64,000 nucleotides of DNA from Waterburya sp. (GCA_965217895.1 CBDCJV010000001.1:1-64000); one strand, 5' to 3'. Shown: positions 30,160-41,085, numbered from the stretch's first letter. Notes: generated by a model not told the origin, from the sequence alone. A program made the numbers and translations.

Positions 30160-31293
30160 TTAATTAAGCTGAGAACGAAATCTTTTAATGCTGATGGTCA
30201 GCAGGACGACGGCAAAAATCGCTAGGGCGATCGCATTTGGTAAAATTGCCTGTAGACCGACACCTTTAAGAATCAGGCTACGATTGATTGCCACATAATG
30301 ACGCAGGGGATCGAAAAAAGATAAAATCCGAAACACGTAAGGCATACTTTCAGTTGGCGCGATCGCTCCTGAAAGTTGAAGAATGGGAACGTTAAAAAAG
30401 AAAGAAGTCAAAATTACCTGTTGTTGGGTACGGCATATAGTAGCGAGTAACAGACCGAGACCGATACAGACAAAAACATAAAGTCCCGACATTATTAAAA
30501 ATAAGCCAAAATTACCGCGAAACGGGATGCGAAATACCACAGCAGACAAACCAGCAGCTAGCAGCACATCACCCATCAACAAAACAAATAGCGGCACTAT
30601 TTTAGCTAGCAGAATTTCCCCTTCTGCCGCAGGCGTCATTAGCAGTTGTTCGAGAGTACCAACGTCTTTTTCGCGGATTGAAGTAATCGAAGACACTAAA
30701 GAACCAGTTAGGGTTAAAACCGTACCAATAACGCCAGTCACAAAGTACCAGCTACTAATCAAACCAGGATTATAGAGAAATCTGACTTGCGATTGCACCA
30801 ACGGCATAGGGCATTCTGTCTTTTCGCAACTCAGAGTTTGACCGTATTGCCTGACAATTTGGTCGATATATCCCTTAGCAATGCCAGCCGTATTAGCATC
30901 GACACCGTCAATAATTATCTGAACGGCTGCGGTTTTGGCTGAAGCTAAATCGCGGTCAAATTCGGGCGGAATAACCAAACCTACTGTAATCTCTCCCGTA
31001 CTGACCTGTCGCTTGAGGGTTTCGCGGTCGCTAGGAGCGGTTTCAACTTGAAAAATTTGATTTTCGGTTAATGCCGAAACTAATTCCCGACTTTTACTAC
31101 TGTTAGTGTAGTCCAATACTCCCAAATTAATGCGATCGACATCGGGACTGAGAGCCAAGCCAAAAATTAATAATTGAATTGTTGGTGGAAAAATCAACAG
31201 AAAAATTAGTTGTTTGTTACGCAAAATTTGTTGGGTTTCTTTGCGAATCAAACTCCAAAAGCGACTTTCCCAAATGCGACGCAAAATGTTCAT
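30160..31293 (-). CDS. ABC-2 type transporter permease (YbhR-like)
   Basis: REKDVGTLEQLLMTP, DGVDANTA, YNPGL. Confidence 0.92.
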   Translation of the reverse strand: MNILRRIWESRFWSLIRKETQQILRNKQLIFLLIFPPTIQLLIFGLALSPDVDRINLGVLDYTNSSKSRELVSALTENQIFQVETAPSDRETLKRQVSTGEITVGLVIPPEFDRDLASAKTAAVQIIIDGVDANTAGIAKGYIDQIVRQYGQTLSCEKTECPMPLVQSQVRFLYNPGLISSWYFVTGVIGTVLTLTGSLVSSITSIREKDVGTLEQLLMTPAAEGEILLAKIVPLFVLLMGDVLLAAGLSAVVFRIPFRGNFGLFLIMSGLYVFVCIGLGLLLATICRTQQQVILTSFFFNVPILQLSGAIAPTESMPYVFRILSFFDPLRHYVAINRSLILKGVGLQAILPNAIALAIFAVVLLTISIKRFRSQLN

Positions 31294-31335
31294 AGCAATT
31301 TTTTTTAATAGTAATTATTAATTTCAAAAATTTAT

Positions 31336-31484
31336 CCTAAATCCGATTGATAGAAATTATGTTCGCGACCGAGCAAAAACTTCTACAAGTCCCCCAAGTT
31401 TGACGAGCGACCCCGCGGATAGGGAACGCGCGAGGGAGATTTAGGGGGCGATACAAAAGTAACCCATACGAACAGGATTTAGTA
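31336..31484. repeat. MITE-like element with a nested 33-bp hairpin element
   Basis: Ends match 4236-4316 inverted; contains a CCCCC..GGGGG unit and GACGAGCGACCCCGCGGATAGGGAACGCGCGAG (31402-31434). Confidence 0.7.
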
Positions 31485-32594
31485 TCAGTCGTCGAACTGC
31501 ATTCGACGCAGATTACGAGTAGCAGCAATCGCGATCGTCAATCCGAGTAGAGCTACGGTCGCTGGAACATACCAAAATCCAGTCCATCCAGTCCCTCTAA
31601 CAAAAGCATCGCGGGTGACGAGGATATAGTAACGGGCGGGAATGATATTAGAAATAAGCGACAGCGGAAAGGGAATATTTTCCAGACGATAAATAAAACC
31701 AGAAAGTAATAAAGCAGTTAAAAAACCCGCAATCGCCGTACCTTGGACGGCAGCAGTTTGATTGCTAGCGCGAGTTCCCACTAACAAACCAAAAGAAACG
31801 CTGGCAATGAGATAAGTCACAGTGCCGACGATTAAGAGAGTTGGTTCTACCTGCAAACGGAGTCCGAATAAGATAACGCTAACGCCAATAACGATCGCCG
31901 CTTCAGCCAGTGCTACTAACACATAAGCCAACCCTTTACCCAACAACCACTCTACAGCACTGAGAGCGGAGGCATAAACTTGGATAATCGTGCCTTGTTC
32001 TTTTTCTCGTACCATGGAAATTGCCGTTAGCATCGAAGGAAAAACCCATAAAATCACCCCATAGATCCCGGGAACTATATAAAGAGATTCTTTTCTACCA
32101 GGATTAAACCAGAGTCGCGACTCAGTCACCACTTCTGCTGGCAAGGAAGGAGATGCAGTAGATAACGTACCGATAAAAAAGCTAGTCGTGGCGCGGATAT
32201 TGCTTTGAATAATCCTGGCATTATTTACATCCGTACCATCTACCAGTGCCTGAACGTTAACTGGTTTTTGAGCTTTTATCTGGCGAGAAAAATCGGGGGG
32301 AATAACCACGACAACTTTGGCAACTCCGCGATCAAGTGCCGTTACGGGAGATGTACCTACTGTCGGCGCGGGAACGAATTGATTGGTGGCATAAAGTCTT
32401 GCCACATAGCTGCGACTGAGGGAGCTATTGTCAAAATCTTGAATGCTCAAAGGAATATTTTGGGCTTCTAGACGAATAGCATAGCCAAAGATCAACAGCA
32501 CGCCTACAGGCAAAATCAACGCCAAAGCCACGGTGAGGCGATCGCGCCTAAACTGATTTAATTCTTTGATAAATTGAGCTAAGACTTTGTTCAT
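31485..32594 (-). CDS. ABC-2 type transporter permease (YbhS-like)
   Basis: WFNPG, VREKEQGT, LSGFIY..ENIP. Confidence 0.92.
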   Translation of the reverse strand: MNKVLAQFIKELNQFRRDRLTVALALILPVGVLLIFGYAIRLEAQNIPLSIQDFDNSSLSRSYVARLYATNQFVPAPTVGTSPVTALDRGVAKVVVVIPPDFSRQIKAQKPVNVQALVDGTDVNNARIIQSNIRATTSFFIGTLSTASPSLPAEVVTESRLWFNPGRKESLYIVPGIYGVILWVFPSMLTAISMVREKEQGTIIQVYASALSAVEWLLGKGLAYVLVALAEAAIVIGVSVILFGLRLQVEPTLLIVGTVTYLIASVSFGLLVGTRASNQTAAVQGTAIAGFLTALLLSGFIYRLENIPFPLSLISNIIPARYYILVTRDAFVRGTGWTGFWYVPATVALLGLTIAIAATRNLRRMQFDD

Positions 32595-32610
32595 GATTGC
32601 CTACTGAAAC

Positions 32611-34596
32611 TTATTGTTTTGCCGATCTTTGGACGATACTGATAAAGGCATCTTCTAGAGAAAAAGGAATGGCTCGTTCTGAATGAATATCTAGGTGATG
32701 CTCTACTAAACTTTGCTTTAACTGAGATAATTCTCGTTCTGGGTGTTCCAGCACCACATGGAGGCGATCGCCAAAAATCGAGACTTGCCAGGACTCTAGT
32801 TGGGTTTTGAGTAAGTCCGAAGCTTTTTGAGTATCCGACAGCACCATCTCGATCAACTGTCCTGGCTGTTGGGCTTTTATTTGACTGGGAGATCCCTGAG
32901 CGACAATTTCTCCTGCCACCATAAAACCCATGCGATTGCAGTTTTCGGCTTCTTCTAAGTAATGGGTAGTCACCAGTATTGCCGTTCCCTCACGGGCAAA
33001 ATCGCGAATTAACCGCCAAAATTGCCGTCGCGCCAAAGGATCGACTCCAGAAGTGGGTTCGTCTAAAAATAAGATTTCTGGTTCGTGCATCACCGAGGCA
33101 CCAAAAGCAACGCGCTGCTTCCAGCCGCCGGGAAGACTTCTGGTGATGGTGTTTTCTCTGCCTACCAAACCACAGGTTGTTAACACCCAGTTAATTTTTT
33201 CTTGACGTAACTTACGGGGAATGCCATATACACCACAGTAAAATTCGAGATTTTGTTTGATAGAAAGATCGTCATACAGCGTAAATTTCTGACTCATATA
33301 GCCGAGGCGCGATCGCACTTGCGAACTGTGCAAATTTTCTGTCTGACCTGCCAAAGTCATGTTACCCGCACTAGACGGCAGCAAACCACACAGCATTTTA
33401 ATTGTGGTCGTCTTCCCCGCTCCATTTGCCCCTAGCAAACCGTAAATTTCGCCATATTTTACTTCTATATCGATCCCTTTTACCGCTCGAAAATCTCCAA
33501 AGGTTTTTTGTAAATTAGACGCACCGATGGCAGTTTTACGAGCGACAGAAGTTTCTGTTTCTATGCCATCTTTACTGCCACCGCGATATCGAGGAAAAGG
33601 AATATAGGTCGGATCCGAACCTTGTTGTCTCAGGCGGGTCACAAAGACATTTTCTAAGGTGGGTTCCTCTGCTTCAAGACTTGCTAATTTTAGTTGCTGT
33701 TGAGATAATATTTGGCGAATCTGGCTGCTGCCTTGTGAGACATCGGTAACTAAAACGTCCAGGCGATCGCCAAAGGATTGCAGATCGACAATAGTAGCTC
33801 CTTCTCGCGCTTCCTTAGAAGCAGATAAGTTCTCTTCGACAGCAGGCAAATTTTCGGCTCTTACTTCAAGTCGATGTAGACCTAGACTGTCTCTTAATTG
33901 AGTTAGAGTACCGAGTTGTTGAATTTCACCCTGATAGATCAAAGCAATGCTATGACAGCGTTCTGCTTCATCTAAATAGGGAGTCGCTACGACAATAGTT
34001 ACTCCTTCGGCAGCTACTGTAGCTAGTAAATCCCAAAACTCCCGACGGGACACGGGATCTACCCCAGTAGTCGGTTCGTCGAGCAATAAAATTTGCGGTT
34101 GGGCAATTAAAGCACAACAGAGGGCTAGTTTTTGCTTCATTCCTCCCGAAAGCTGACCTGCCAGACGATGAGGAATGCCCTCCAAGTCAAATAAGCCTAG
34201 CAGTCTGGCTTTTTGTTCGCGATATGTAGATTTTGCCAACTGACGCAGGCCAGCACTATAACGTAAATTTTCTTCAATACTCAAATCTTGATAGAGTGAA
34301 AACTTTTGCGTCAGATAGCCAATTTCCAATCTTGCTTGGCTGGGGGTTTTGCCCAAAACTTCAATCTTTCCTGCAGTTGCTTTCATCACTCCTGCTAAAA
34401 TCTGAAAAGTGGTGGTTTTCCCCGCGCCATCGGGTCCGATTAAGCCAAAAATTTCTCCCTGACAAACGCTAAAATCAATGCCTTTTACCGCCACCAGCTT
34501 ACCGTAATGCTTGTGTAGCCCTTCGATCTTAATTGCCACGTTATCGGCGATCGCCGCTTGGTTAGAGTCGGGAGCGAGTGTCGAGTTATGATTCAT
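32611..34596 (-). CDS. ABC transporter ATP-binding protein with two ATPase domains (YbhF-like)
   Basis: GPDGAGKT and GANGAGKT Walker A motifs, LSGGMKQ and LPGGWKQ signatures, two DEPT motifs. Confidence 0.94.
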   Translation of the reverse strand: MNHNSTLAPDSNQAAIADNVAIKIEGLHKHYGKLVAVKGIDFSVCQGEIFGLIGPDGAGKTTTFQILAGVMKATAGKIEVLGKTPSQARLEIGYLTQKFSLYQDLSIEENLRYSAGLRQLAKSTYREQKARLLGLFDLEGIPHRLAGQLSGGMKQKLALCCALIAQPQILLLDEPTTGVDPVSRREFWDLLATVAAEGVTIVVATPYLDEAERCHSIALIYQGEIQQLGTLTQLRDSLGLHRLEVRAENLPAVEENLSASKEAREGATIVDLQSFGDRLDVLVTDVSQGSSQIRQILSQQQLKLASLEAEEPTLENVFVTRLRQQGSDPTYIPFPRYRGGSKDGIETETSVARKTAIGASNLQKTFGDFRAVKGIDIEVKYGEIYGLLGANGAGKTTTIKMLCGLLPSSAGNMTLAGQTENLHSSQVRSRLGYMSQKFTLYDDLSIKQNLEFYCGVYGIPRKLRQEKINWVLTTCGLVGRENTITRSLPGGWKQRVAFGASVMHEPEILFLDEPTSGVDPLARRQFWRLIRDFAREGTAILVTTHYLEEAENCNRMGFMVAGEIVAQGSPSQIKAQQPGQLIEMVLSDTQKASDLLKTQLESWQVSIFGDRLHVVLEHPERELSQLKQSLVEHHLDIHSERAIPFSLEDAFISIVQRSAKQ

Positions 34597-35872
34597 TATG
34601 TTCGCCCTCTTCTGGTTGGGTAATTATTTCCCCATCAGCGGGCATACCTGGTTTGGCGAATCCATTGGGGTTATCGATATTGAGTCTCAAGCCAAACACC
34701 TGGTCTACGCGATCGCTGCGGAAATAAATGTTTTCTGGGGTAAAGGAAGCTTCGGCATCAACTTTGGTTACACTGGCATCTAAGGGGCGATCGGGAGCAG
34801 AATCTAAAAATATTTGGGCTGGTTGTCCGACTCGCACGTTGCCAATTTCTCCTTCAGGAAGATAACCCCGCAAATATAAATTGTTGAGATTGACAATAGT
34901 CATTAAATTCGTCCCACTGGCAACTACTTCACCTGGTTCGGTAGTTCTTGCCAGCACTACCCCATTGATGGGGCTGACAATTTGAAGATCGTCTAACTTG
35001 GCGACAATTTCGGCTTTTGCTGCCTTGGCATTTTCGACATCTGCCTTATCAGCCTCTACCTGTGCATTACTTTGAGCTAGTTGTTTGTTTAAACCTGTTA
35101 GCTTGGCTTGGTTAATTTGAGGATTAAAACTGCTGGTTTTGGCTTGAGTCAGTTCGGCTAAAAAGACATTTACTTGTCTTCGAGCGGCAACAACAGCAGC
35201 TTGACTGGCTCTGAGGGTTGCTTTAGAAGTATCAAAGTTAGTTTGGCTCTGGTCGAACCGCTGTTGGGTAATCACTCCTTCAGCAATTAGAGGCTCGTAG
35301 CGGTTGAGATCGGCTCGAGCCAGACGTTTTTGGGCTTGAGCCTGTTTGGCTTCTGACTGGGCTTGCGATAGTTGCGCTCGTGCGGCGGCTACTTTGGCTT
35401 GGGCGCGAGCGATCTCTCCTACAGCATCGTCGCTAGACTGGCGGAGACTGAGTTGTGCTTCATCTATTTGACTGTTAATTACTTCAATTTCTAGTTGTGC
35501 TTGATTTACATCTTGCCGTGCGGCTTGAAGACGAGCTTCTGCACCTTTTAGTTGAGCTTGAAGTTCGGCATCGTCAAGCTGGGCAATAACCTGACCCGAA
35601 GCTACAAGATCGCCTTCTCTGACTGCGATGTTTTCAATTTTTCCTCCTAACTTTGCTCCGACATCGGTTTCGTGACCTTCAATTCTGCCGCTTAACTCTA
35701 GTGAGTTATCTTTAGTTTGTCCCGCAAGATAATAGCGAATGCCAATGCCGATACCGAATAATAAGAAAACTATAGGCACTACAAAGCGCATGACACCCAC
35801 GAACTTTGATAATTTCTCATTCTTGTCGTTATCGACCTTTTTTTTTTGGTCTTGAAAAGCTAATCCAGACAT
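34586..35872 (-). CDS. HlyD-family membrane fusion protein (YbhG-like)
   Basis: N-terminal transmembrane helix, long coiled coil, SPINGVV, AEASFTPENIY, KPGMPADG. Confidence 0.92.
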   Translation of the reverse strand: MSGLAFQDQKKKVDNDKNEKLSKFVGVMRFVVPIVFLLFGIGIGIRYYLAGQTKDNSLELSGRIEGHETDVGAKLGGKIENIAVREGDLVASGQVIAQLDDAELQAQLKGAEARLQAARQDVNQAQLEIEVINSQIDEAQLSLRQSSDDAVGEIARAQAKVAAARAQLSQAQSEAKQAQAQKRLARADLNRYEPLIAEGVITQQRFDQSQTNFDTSKATLRASQAAVVAARRQVNVFLAELTQAKTSSFNPQINQAKLTGLNKQLAQSNAQVEADKADVENAKAAKAEIVAKLDDLQIVSPINGVVLARTTEPGEVVASGTNLMTIVNLNNLYLRGYLPEGEIGNVRVGQPAQIFLDSAPDRPLDASVTKVDAEASFTPENIYFRSDRVDQVFGLRLNIDNPNGFAKPGMPADGEIITQPEEGEHNES

Positions 35873-36056
35873 AATATTTTGTAAGCTAAAAGCATAATGT
35901 TCGTCATCAATTAATCAATTCACTGCTTACTTAGCAGTTATTTCAGATAAGGTCAGTTATCGAGTAAAGCATATTTAGATCCGAGGAGGGAAGTAGAAAA
36001 AATATTAACAATTGACAATTAAGCTAGTTTTTTGAAAATCATTGTATATTTTGTTA

Positions 36057-36383
36057 TTAGCAAGCTTCTGTTTCGATCCAGCGCTCGATTAAATTGTATA
36101 AAGCAGAACGCATCGTAATTCCCTTTTGAATACAGAAGATTTTAAAGCGAGTTTTAAGACATTTGGAAATATATCCTTTGAGATCTTCATCTTCTTCTTT
36201 AACTGGCTCTAAGATAAAATCATTAGTAGGAGCATCAGCTTGTATCCATTTTTTGATCGATTCCTCTAAAACTTTACTCATGGTTAAATTTTTTTGGGTA
36301 CATCGAACCTTAAATTGAAATTTTAAGGAACTCGGCATTGAGACCTTGATAACTACGCGTTTTTCTCTATCTTCTTGATTCAC
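36057..36383 (-). CDS. Tandem ribbon-helix-helix (ParG-like) DNA-binding protein
   Basis: Internal duplication LKFQFKVRCTQKNLTMSKVLEESIKKWI / LKTRFKIFCIQKGITMRSALYNLIERWI. Confidence 0.7.
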   Translation of the reverse strand: MNQEDREKRVVIKVSMPSSLKFQFKVRCTQKNLTMSKVLEESIKKWIQADAPTNDFILEPVKEEDEDLKGYISKCLKTRFKIFCIQKGITMRSALYNLIERWIETEAC

Positions 36384-36455
36384 TACTGTTTCATCTATTT
36401 AGTTACAAAAGTAATAAGGTACAAATGATTATTCTCATCCTAAATAACTCAAAAA

Positions 36456-36612
36456 TTTTCACCAGTGAAGTTTGGGAGGTTTAAAAAAAACATTATTGAT
36501 AAACTGAATAAAGCTGAAATCAAGCGAAAAGCTGTTATCGAACCAAACTCAGAAAAATTGTATTAGTGCGCTCGAAAGTATTTCATAAAATCCTAATCTT
36601 CACTGGTAAAAA
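36456..36612. promoter_or_regulatory. Pair of inverted sites in the divergent promoter region
   Basis: TTTTCACCAGTGAAGTTTGGGA (36456-36477) is the reverse complement of TCCTAATCTTCACTGGTAAAAA (36591-36612) at 19/22 positions. Confidence 0.45.
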
Positions 36613-36712
36613 GCTGCCTGACCTTAGAAACTATAGGTTCAAGCCATAAATCTTGCTTGTGTTTATATAGTTTTCAAGCTCGATCCTAAAAAAGATTGAT
36701 AAAACAAACCTC

Positions 36713-38059
36713 ATGCTCGATCTCACCGTCAATCTAATTGACTTTTACAACACAACTGACATAACTATTCAACCTCCTACTTTAGGAATGTCATTAAAAG
36801 GTTCGTTAGCTATTCCCGGCGATAAATCTATTTCGCACCGTGCCCTAATGTTTGGTGCTCTAGCATTAGGAGAAACTCGAATTCGGGGATTATTATTAGG
36901 AGAAGATGTAATTAGTACCGCTAAATGTCTGCGTTCAGTAGGTGCAGAGATTTCCGATCTCACTGCCGAGGAAATTATGGTTACTGGTGGTTGGGAAAAA
37001 CTACAAGAGCCATTAGATCTTCTAAATGCTGGGAACTCAGGGACTACGATGCGTTTGATGTTAGGAATTTTAGCGGCTCAACCTAACTGTTTCTTTACCC
37101 TAAGTGGCGATCGCTCTTTACGTTCTCGTCCTATGTCTCGCGTAGTAAAACCCTTAACTCAAATGGGAGCGACAATTTGGGGCAGACAAAACAACAATTT
37201 AGCACCTTTGGCAATTAAAGGAAAAAAATTACGTCCCATTCACTATCATTCTCCTGTAGCTTCGGCTCAAGTCAAATCTTGTATTCTCTTAGCGGGATTG
37301 ATGAGCGAAGGAGCGACTACGATAACAGAACCAGCAAAATCTAGAGATCATAGCGAAAGAATGCTAAAAGCTTTTGGTGCGGATCTCCAAATCGACTCCG
37401 AAACTAACAGCGTTACTATAACTGGTGGTAAAGATTTACAAGGACAAGCGATTATAGTCCCTGGAGACATTAGTTCGGCAGCGTTTTGGTTAGTAGCTGC
37501 TTCTATTGTTCCTAATTCAAAACTAGTCTTGACCAATGTTGGGATTAACTCCACAAGAGCGGGGATTTTAGATGTTTTAAACCTCATGGGGGCAAATATT
37601 ACCCTAGAAAAAGAAAGAACTGTCGCAGGAGAACCAATTGCTGATTTGCGCGTTCGTTACAGTTCCCTAAATGGATGCGAAATAGCAGGAGAATTAACTG
37701 TGCGCTCAATTGATGAAATTCCCATTATTATCGTAGCTGCTGCTTTTGCTAAAGGAACAACGATTATTAAAGATGCTGCTGAGTTAAGGGTAAAAGAATG
37801 CGATCGCCTCTCAGTAATGGCTACTCAATTGAGTTATATGGGAGCAAAAATTACCGAATATCCCGATGGCATAGAAATTCAAGGCGGACATCCTCTATCA
37901 GGTGCAGAAGTAGCAAGTCATGACGACCATCGGATTGCCATGAGTTTGGCAGTAGCAGCTTTAGGGGCTTCAGGAAAAACTATGATCGAAGATGCTACCG
38001 CAGCCAATATTTCTTATCCTAGCTTTTTTGATAGTCTGCAACAAGTTTGTTATTCGTAG
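36713..38059 (+). CDS. aroA: EPSP synthase
   Basis: [56 protein letters not shown]. Confidence 0.96.
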   Translation: MLDLTVNLIDFYNTTDITIQPPTLGMSLKGSLAIPGDKSISHRALMFGALALGETRIRGLLLGEDVISTAKCLRSVGAEISDLTAEEIMVTGGWEKLQEPLDLLNAGNSGTTMRLMLGILAAQPNCFFTLSGDRSLRSRPMSRVVKPLTQMGATIWGRQNNNLAPLAIKGKKLRPIHYHSPVASAQVKSCILLAGLMSEGATTITEPAKSRDHSERMLKAFGADLQIDSETNSVTITGGKDLQGQAIIVPGDISSAAFWLVAASIVPNSKLVLTNVGINSTRAGILDVLNLMGANITLEKERTVAGEPIADLRVRYSSLNGCEIAGELTVRSIDEIPIIIVAAAFAKGTTIIKDAAELRVKECDRLSVMATQLSYMGAKITEYPDGIEIQGGHPLSGAEVASHDDHRIAMSLAVAALGASGKTMIEDATAANISYPSFFDSLQQVCYS

Positions 38060-38105
38060 GGGCAATCTACTATTTCACCTCTAAATTATTCAAAGGAAAA
38101 TAATC

Positions 38106-39194
38106 ATGGGTAGTACATTCGGACATTTATTTCGCATCACTAGCTTTGGTGAATCCCATGGCGGTGGCGTTGGTGTAGTCATTGATGGTTGTCCCCCGCA
38201 ACTTGAAATATCAGCAGCAGAAATTCAAGTAGAATTAGACCGCAGAAAACCAGGACAAAGTAAGATCACTACCCCCAGGAAAGAAAGTGATACCTGTGAA
38301 ATTATTTCTGGAGTTTTTGAAGGAAAAACTTTAGGAACACCAATTTCAATCTTGGTTAGAAACAAAGATGCTCGCTCGCAAGATTACAATGAGATGGCAG
38401 TAAAATATCGCCCTTCCCATGCTGATGCTACCTACGATGCTAAATACGGCATTCGTAATTGGCAAGGTGGTGGTCGTTCTTCGGCTAGAGAAACCATTGG
38501 CAGAGTCGCAGCAGGTGCGATCGCCAAAAAAATTCTTTACTTAGTAGCTGGGATTGAAATAGTTGCTTACGTTAAACGGATTAAAGATCTAGAAGCGGTA
38601 GTAGATAGTAGTATTGTTACTCTAGAACAAGTTGAAAGCAATATTGTTCGCTGTCCTAATGATGAATGTGCCGTAAAAATGATCGATGAGATCGATCGCG
38701 CCAGAAGAGATAAAGATTCTCTGGGTGGTGTAGTTGAATGTGTCGCCCGCAATGTCCCTCAAGGTTTAGGCGAACCAGTCTTCGATAAATTAGAGGCAGA
38801 TTTAGCCAAAGGTATGATGTCTTTACCTGCTACCAAAGGATTTGAAATTGGTTCGGGGTTTGCGGGAACAACCATGACAGGAAGCGAACACAACGACGAG
38901 TATTATCTTGATGAAAACGGCAAGACTCGCACAATAACCAATCGTTCGGGGGGAATCCAAGGAGGTATTGCTAACGGCGAAAATATTGTTATTCGGGCTG
39001 CTTTTAAACCCACCGCCACTATCGGTAAAGAACAGCATACCGTTACTAAATCAGGTGAATCAACAACTTTAGCTGCTAAAGGCAGACACGATCCTTGTGT
39101 ATTACCTAGAGCTGTTCCTATGGTTGAAGCTATGGTAGCTCTAGTCTTATGCGATCATCTGCTGCGCCATCATGCTCAATGTAAACTAATGTAG
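38106..39194 (+). CDS. aroC: Chorismate synthase
   Basis: [35 protein letters not shown]. Confidence 0.97.
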   Translation: MGSTFGHLFRITSFGESHGGGVGVVIDGCPPQLEISAAEIQVELDRRKPGQSKITTPRKESDTCEIISGVFEGKTLGTPISILVRNKDARSQDYNEMAVKYRPSHADATYDAKYGIRNWQGGGRSSARETIGRVAAGAIAKKILYLVAGIEIVAYVKRIKDLEAVVDSSIVTLEQVESNIVRCPNDECAVKMIDEIDRARRDKDSLGGVVECVARNVPQGLGEPVFDKLEADLAKGMMSLPATKGFEIGSGFAGTTMTGSEHNDEYYLDENGKTRTITNRSGGIQGGIANGENIVIRAAFKPTATIGKEQHTVTKSGESTTLAAKGRHDPCVLPRAVPMVEAMVALVLCDHLLRHHAQCKLM

Positions 39195-39204
39195 TTTTTA
39201 ACAT

Positions 39205-39717
39205 ATGGATAGACAACTAAGACAAAGCAACATTTATCTAATTGGAATGATGGGATCGGGAAAAACCACCGTTGGTAAGTTACTCGCCGAGAAATTAGAT
39301 TATTGTTTTTTTGATATCGACGTGGCAATTGAAAAATTAGCCCAAAAAACTATTACTGAGATTTTTGCTATAGAAGGAGAAGCAAGATTTCGCGAATTAG
39401 AAAGTCAAACTTTGAGAAAGATATCTACTTATCACCGAAGTGCGATCGCAACTGGTGGTGGAATCGTTCAAAGACCTGAAAACTGGAATTATCTTCGTAC
39501 TGGCTCGATCGTTTGGCTTGATGCTGACTTAAATTTACTCAATCGAAGACTAGCGGACGATAGCAGTAGACCTCTAGCCAATCAACTCGAATCATTATTA
39601 GCAACTCGCCGCTCTCTTTATGCCCAAGCCGATCTACATATCGCCATTAAGTCAGAACAAACTCCAGAAGATCTTGTCACTGAAATTATTGATTTACGCA
39701 CTCGAAGAGCTAGTTAA
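39205..39717 (+). CDS. aroK: Shikimate kinase
   Basis: GMMGSGKT, GEARFRELE, ATGGG, RPL. Confidence 0.94.
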   Translation: MDRQLRQSNIYLIGMMGSGKTTVGKLLAEKLDYCFFDIDVAIEKLAQKTITEIFAIEGEARFRELESQTLRKISTYHRSAIATGGGIVQRPENWNYLRTGSIVWLDADLNLLNRRLADDSSRPLANQLESLLATRRSLYAQADLHIAIKSEQTPEDLVTEIIDLRTRRAS

Positions 39718-39789
39718 TTCTAATAGTTTAGCAGTTTGAGCAAATTGCGTCCCACAGGTAATACAAATATAGTTATTCATTAATACTTC

Positions 39790-40425
39790 TCAATTTTTGA
39801 GCTTGATTGCTACTTCTCCAACTCGGCTTCCCAAAGCACTAGCCATTTCTAAATCTTCCGACTTTGGCTCAAGTTCACCTTTTGCCCCTGCAATTGTCGT
39901 CGGACCATAGGGTGTGCCTCCTCTCGCTTCGGTGTGAATCATGCCAGGGACAGAATACGGTACGCCCACGATAATCATGCCTAAATGAATCAGCGGCACC
40001 ATCATCGTGAGTAGGGTGGTTTCTTGACCACCATGAGTGCTGGCTGTAGAAATGAAAACACCTGCTGGCTTGCCTTCCATTTCGCCATTAAGCCAAAGGC
40101 TGGTCATTGAATCAAATAGCTGTTTAAGTTGAGATGACATATTTCCAAAGCGAGTTGGCGTACCAAAAATAACCGCGTCAGCCGAACGTAAATCATCTAA
40201 AGAACAGATAGAAATATCCTGCTGCTGTTCCCAGATCTTTTGAGCAGCTTCATTACCGTCGATCGCCTTTTGCTTGACTTGCTCAAATTCTTCTACGCGA
40301 CGGAAGACAACTTCCACGCCAGGAATTGTCTTTGCCCCTTTTTCAATGGCTCGCGCTAGCTCTAAAGTGTGACCATAAAGAGAATAGTAAACGATTAAAA
40401 CTTTAACGGGAGTTTGGATAGACAT
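39790..40425 (-). CDS. wrbA: NAD(P)H:quinone oxidoreductase WrbA
   Basis: YYSLYGHT, GTPTRFGNM, STHGGQETT, GGTPYG. Confidence 0.93.
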   Translation of the reverse strand: MSIQTPVKVLIVYYSLYGHTLELARAIEKGAKTIPGVEVVFRRVEEFEQVKQKAIDGNEAAQKIWEQQQDISICSLDDLRSADAVIFGTPTRFGNMSSQLKQLFDSMTSLWLNGEMEGKPAGVFISTASTHGGQETTLLTMMVPLIHLGMIIVGVPYSVPGMIHTEARGGTPYGPTTIAGAKGELEPKSEDLEMASALGSRVGEVAIKLKN

Positions 40426-40640
40426 AATAGATTGGGGTAAATGGTTTGACTGAGATGGGAACTATTAACTAGTTGGACAAAATTAAATTCAACGGTAACG
40501 CTCGAAGTCATAAAGGACTTGTGCTAAAGCATACCGCTTTGAGACCGAAGGTAAGGCGCATAGTTCGCCGCAACTAATCCTTTAGGGCATATCTGCATGT
40601 AGTCAGAAGTCAGAAGTTCCAAAGCGAAAATAGGATACAT

Positions 40641-41063
40641 TTAAGGTTTTTCAGGCTTGGAAATTGCAGCAATCGCATCTATTTCAAACAACATACCATC
40701 CCCCGCTAGTCGAGGCACGGGTATTAAAGTACTAGCTGGTTTGATTAGATCGTCTGGCCACATGGCATTTCGTTCTGCTGAAATCAGCTTCTGTTTTTCA
40801 GCATCGTGATTAACCGAAAGTACCGTAATTTTCACGACCTGCTCTGGAGTTGCGTCTGCTGCTGCTAAAGCCTTACGGAGACTAGTAAAAGCTTGCTTAA
40901 GTTGAGCTTCAAAATCACCTAGATTTCCCTGTTCATCTCGACCACCTTGTCCTGCAATAAAAATGAGAGTTCGATCGGGAGGTATGATCGCAATGTTGGT
41001 AAAGCCGAAATTAGACGGACTTCCCAGTTCGGGTGGATTGATACGCTGTATTTCTTGAGACAT
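40641..41063 (-). CDS. RidA/YjgF family protein
   Basis: IFIAGQ, VVKITV, PASTLIPVPRLA, FEIDA; start moved to ATG 41063 to remove the overlap. Confidence 0.85.
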   Translation of the reverse strand: MSQEIQRINPPELGSPSNFGFTNIAIIPPDRTLIFIAGQGGRDEQGNLGDFEAQLKQAFTSLRKALAAADATPEQVVKITVLSVNHDAEKQKLISAERNAMWPDDLIKPASTLIPVPRLAGDGMLFEIDAIAAISKPEKP

Positions 41064-41085
41064 AATAAATTTGAGAATTATATTT

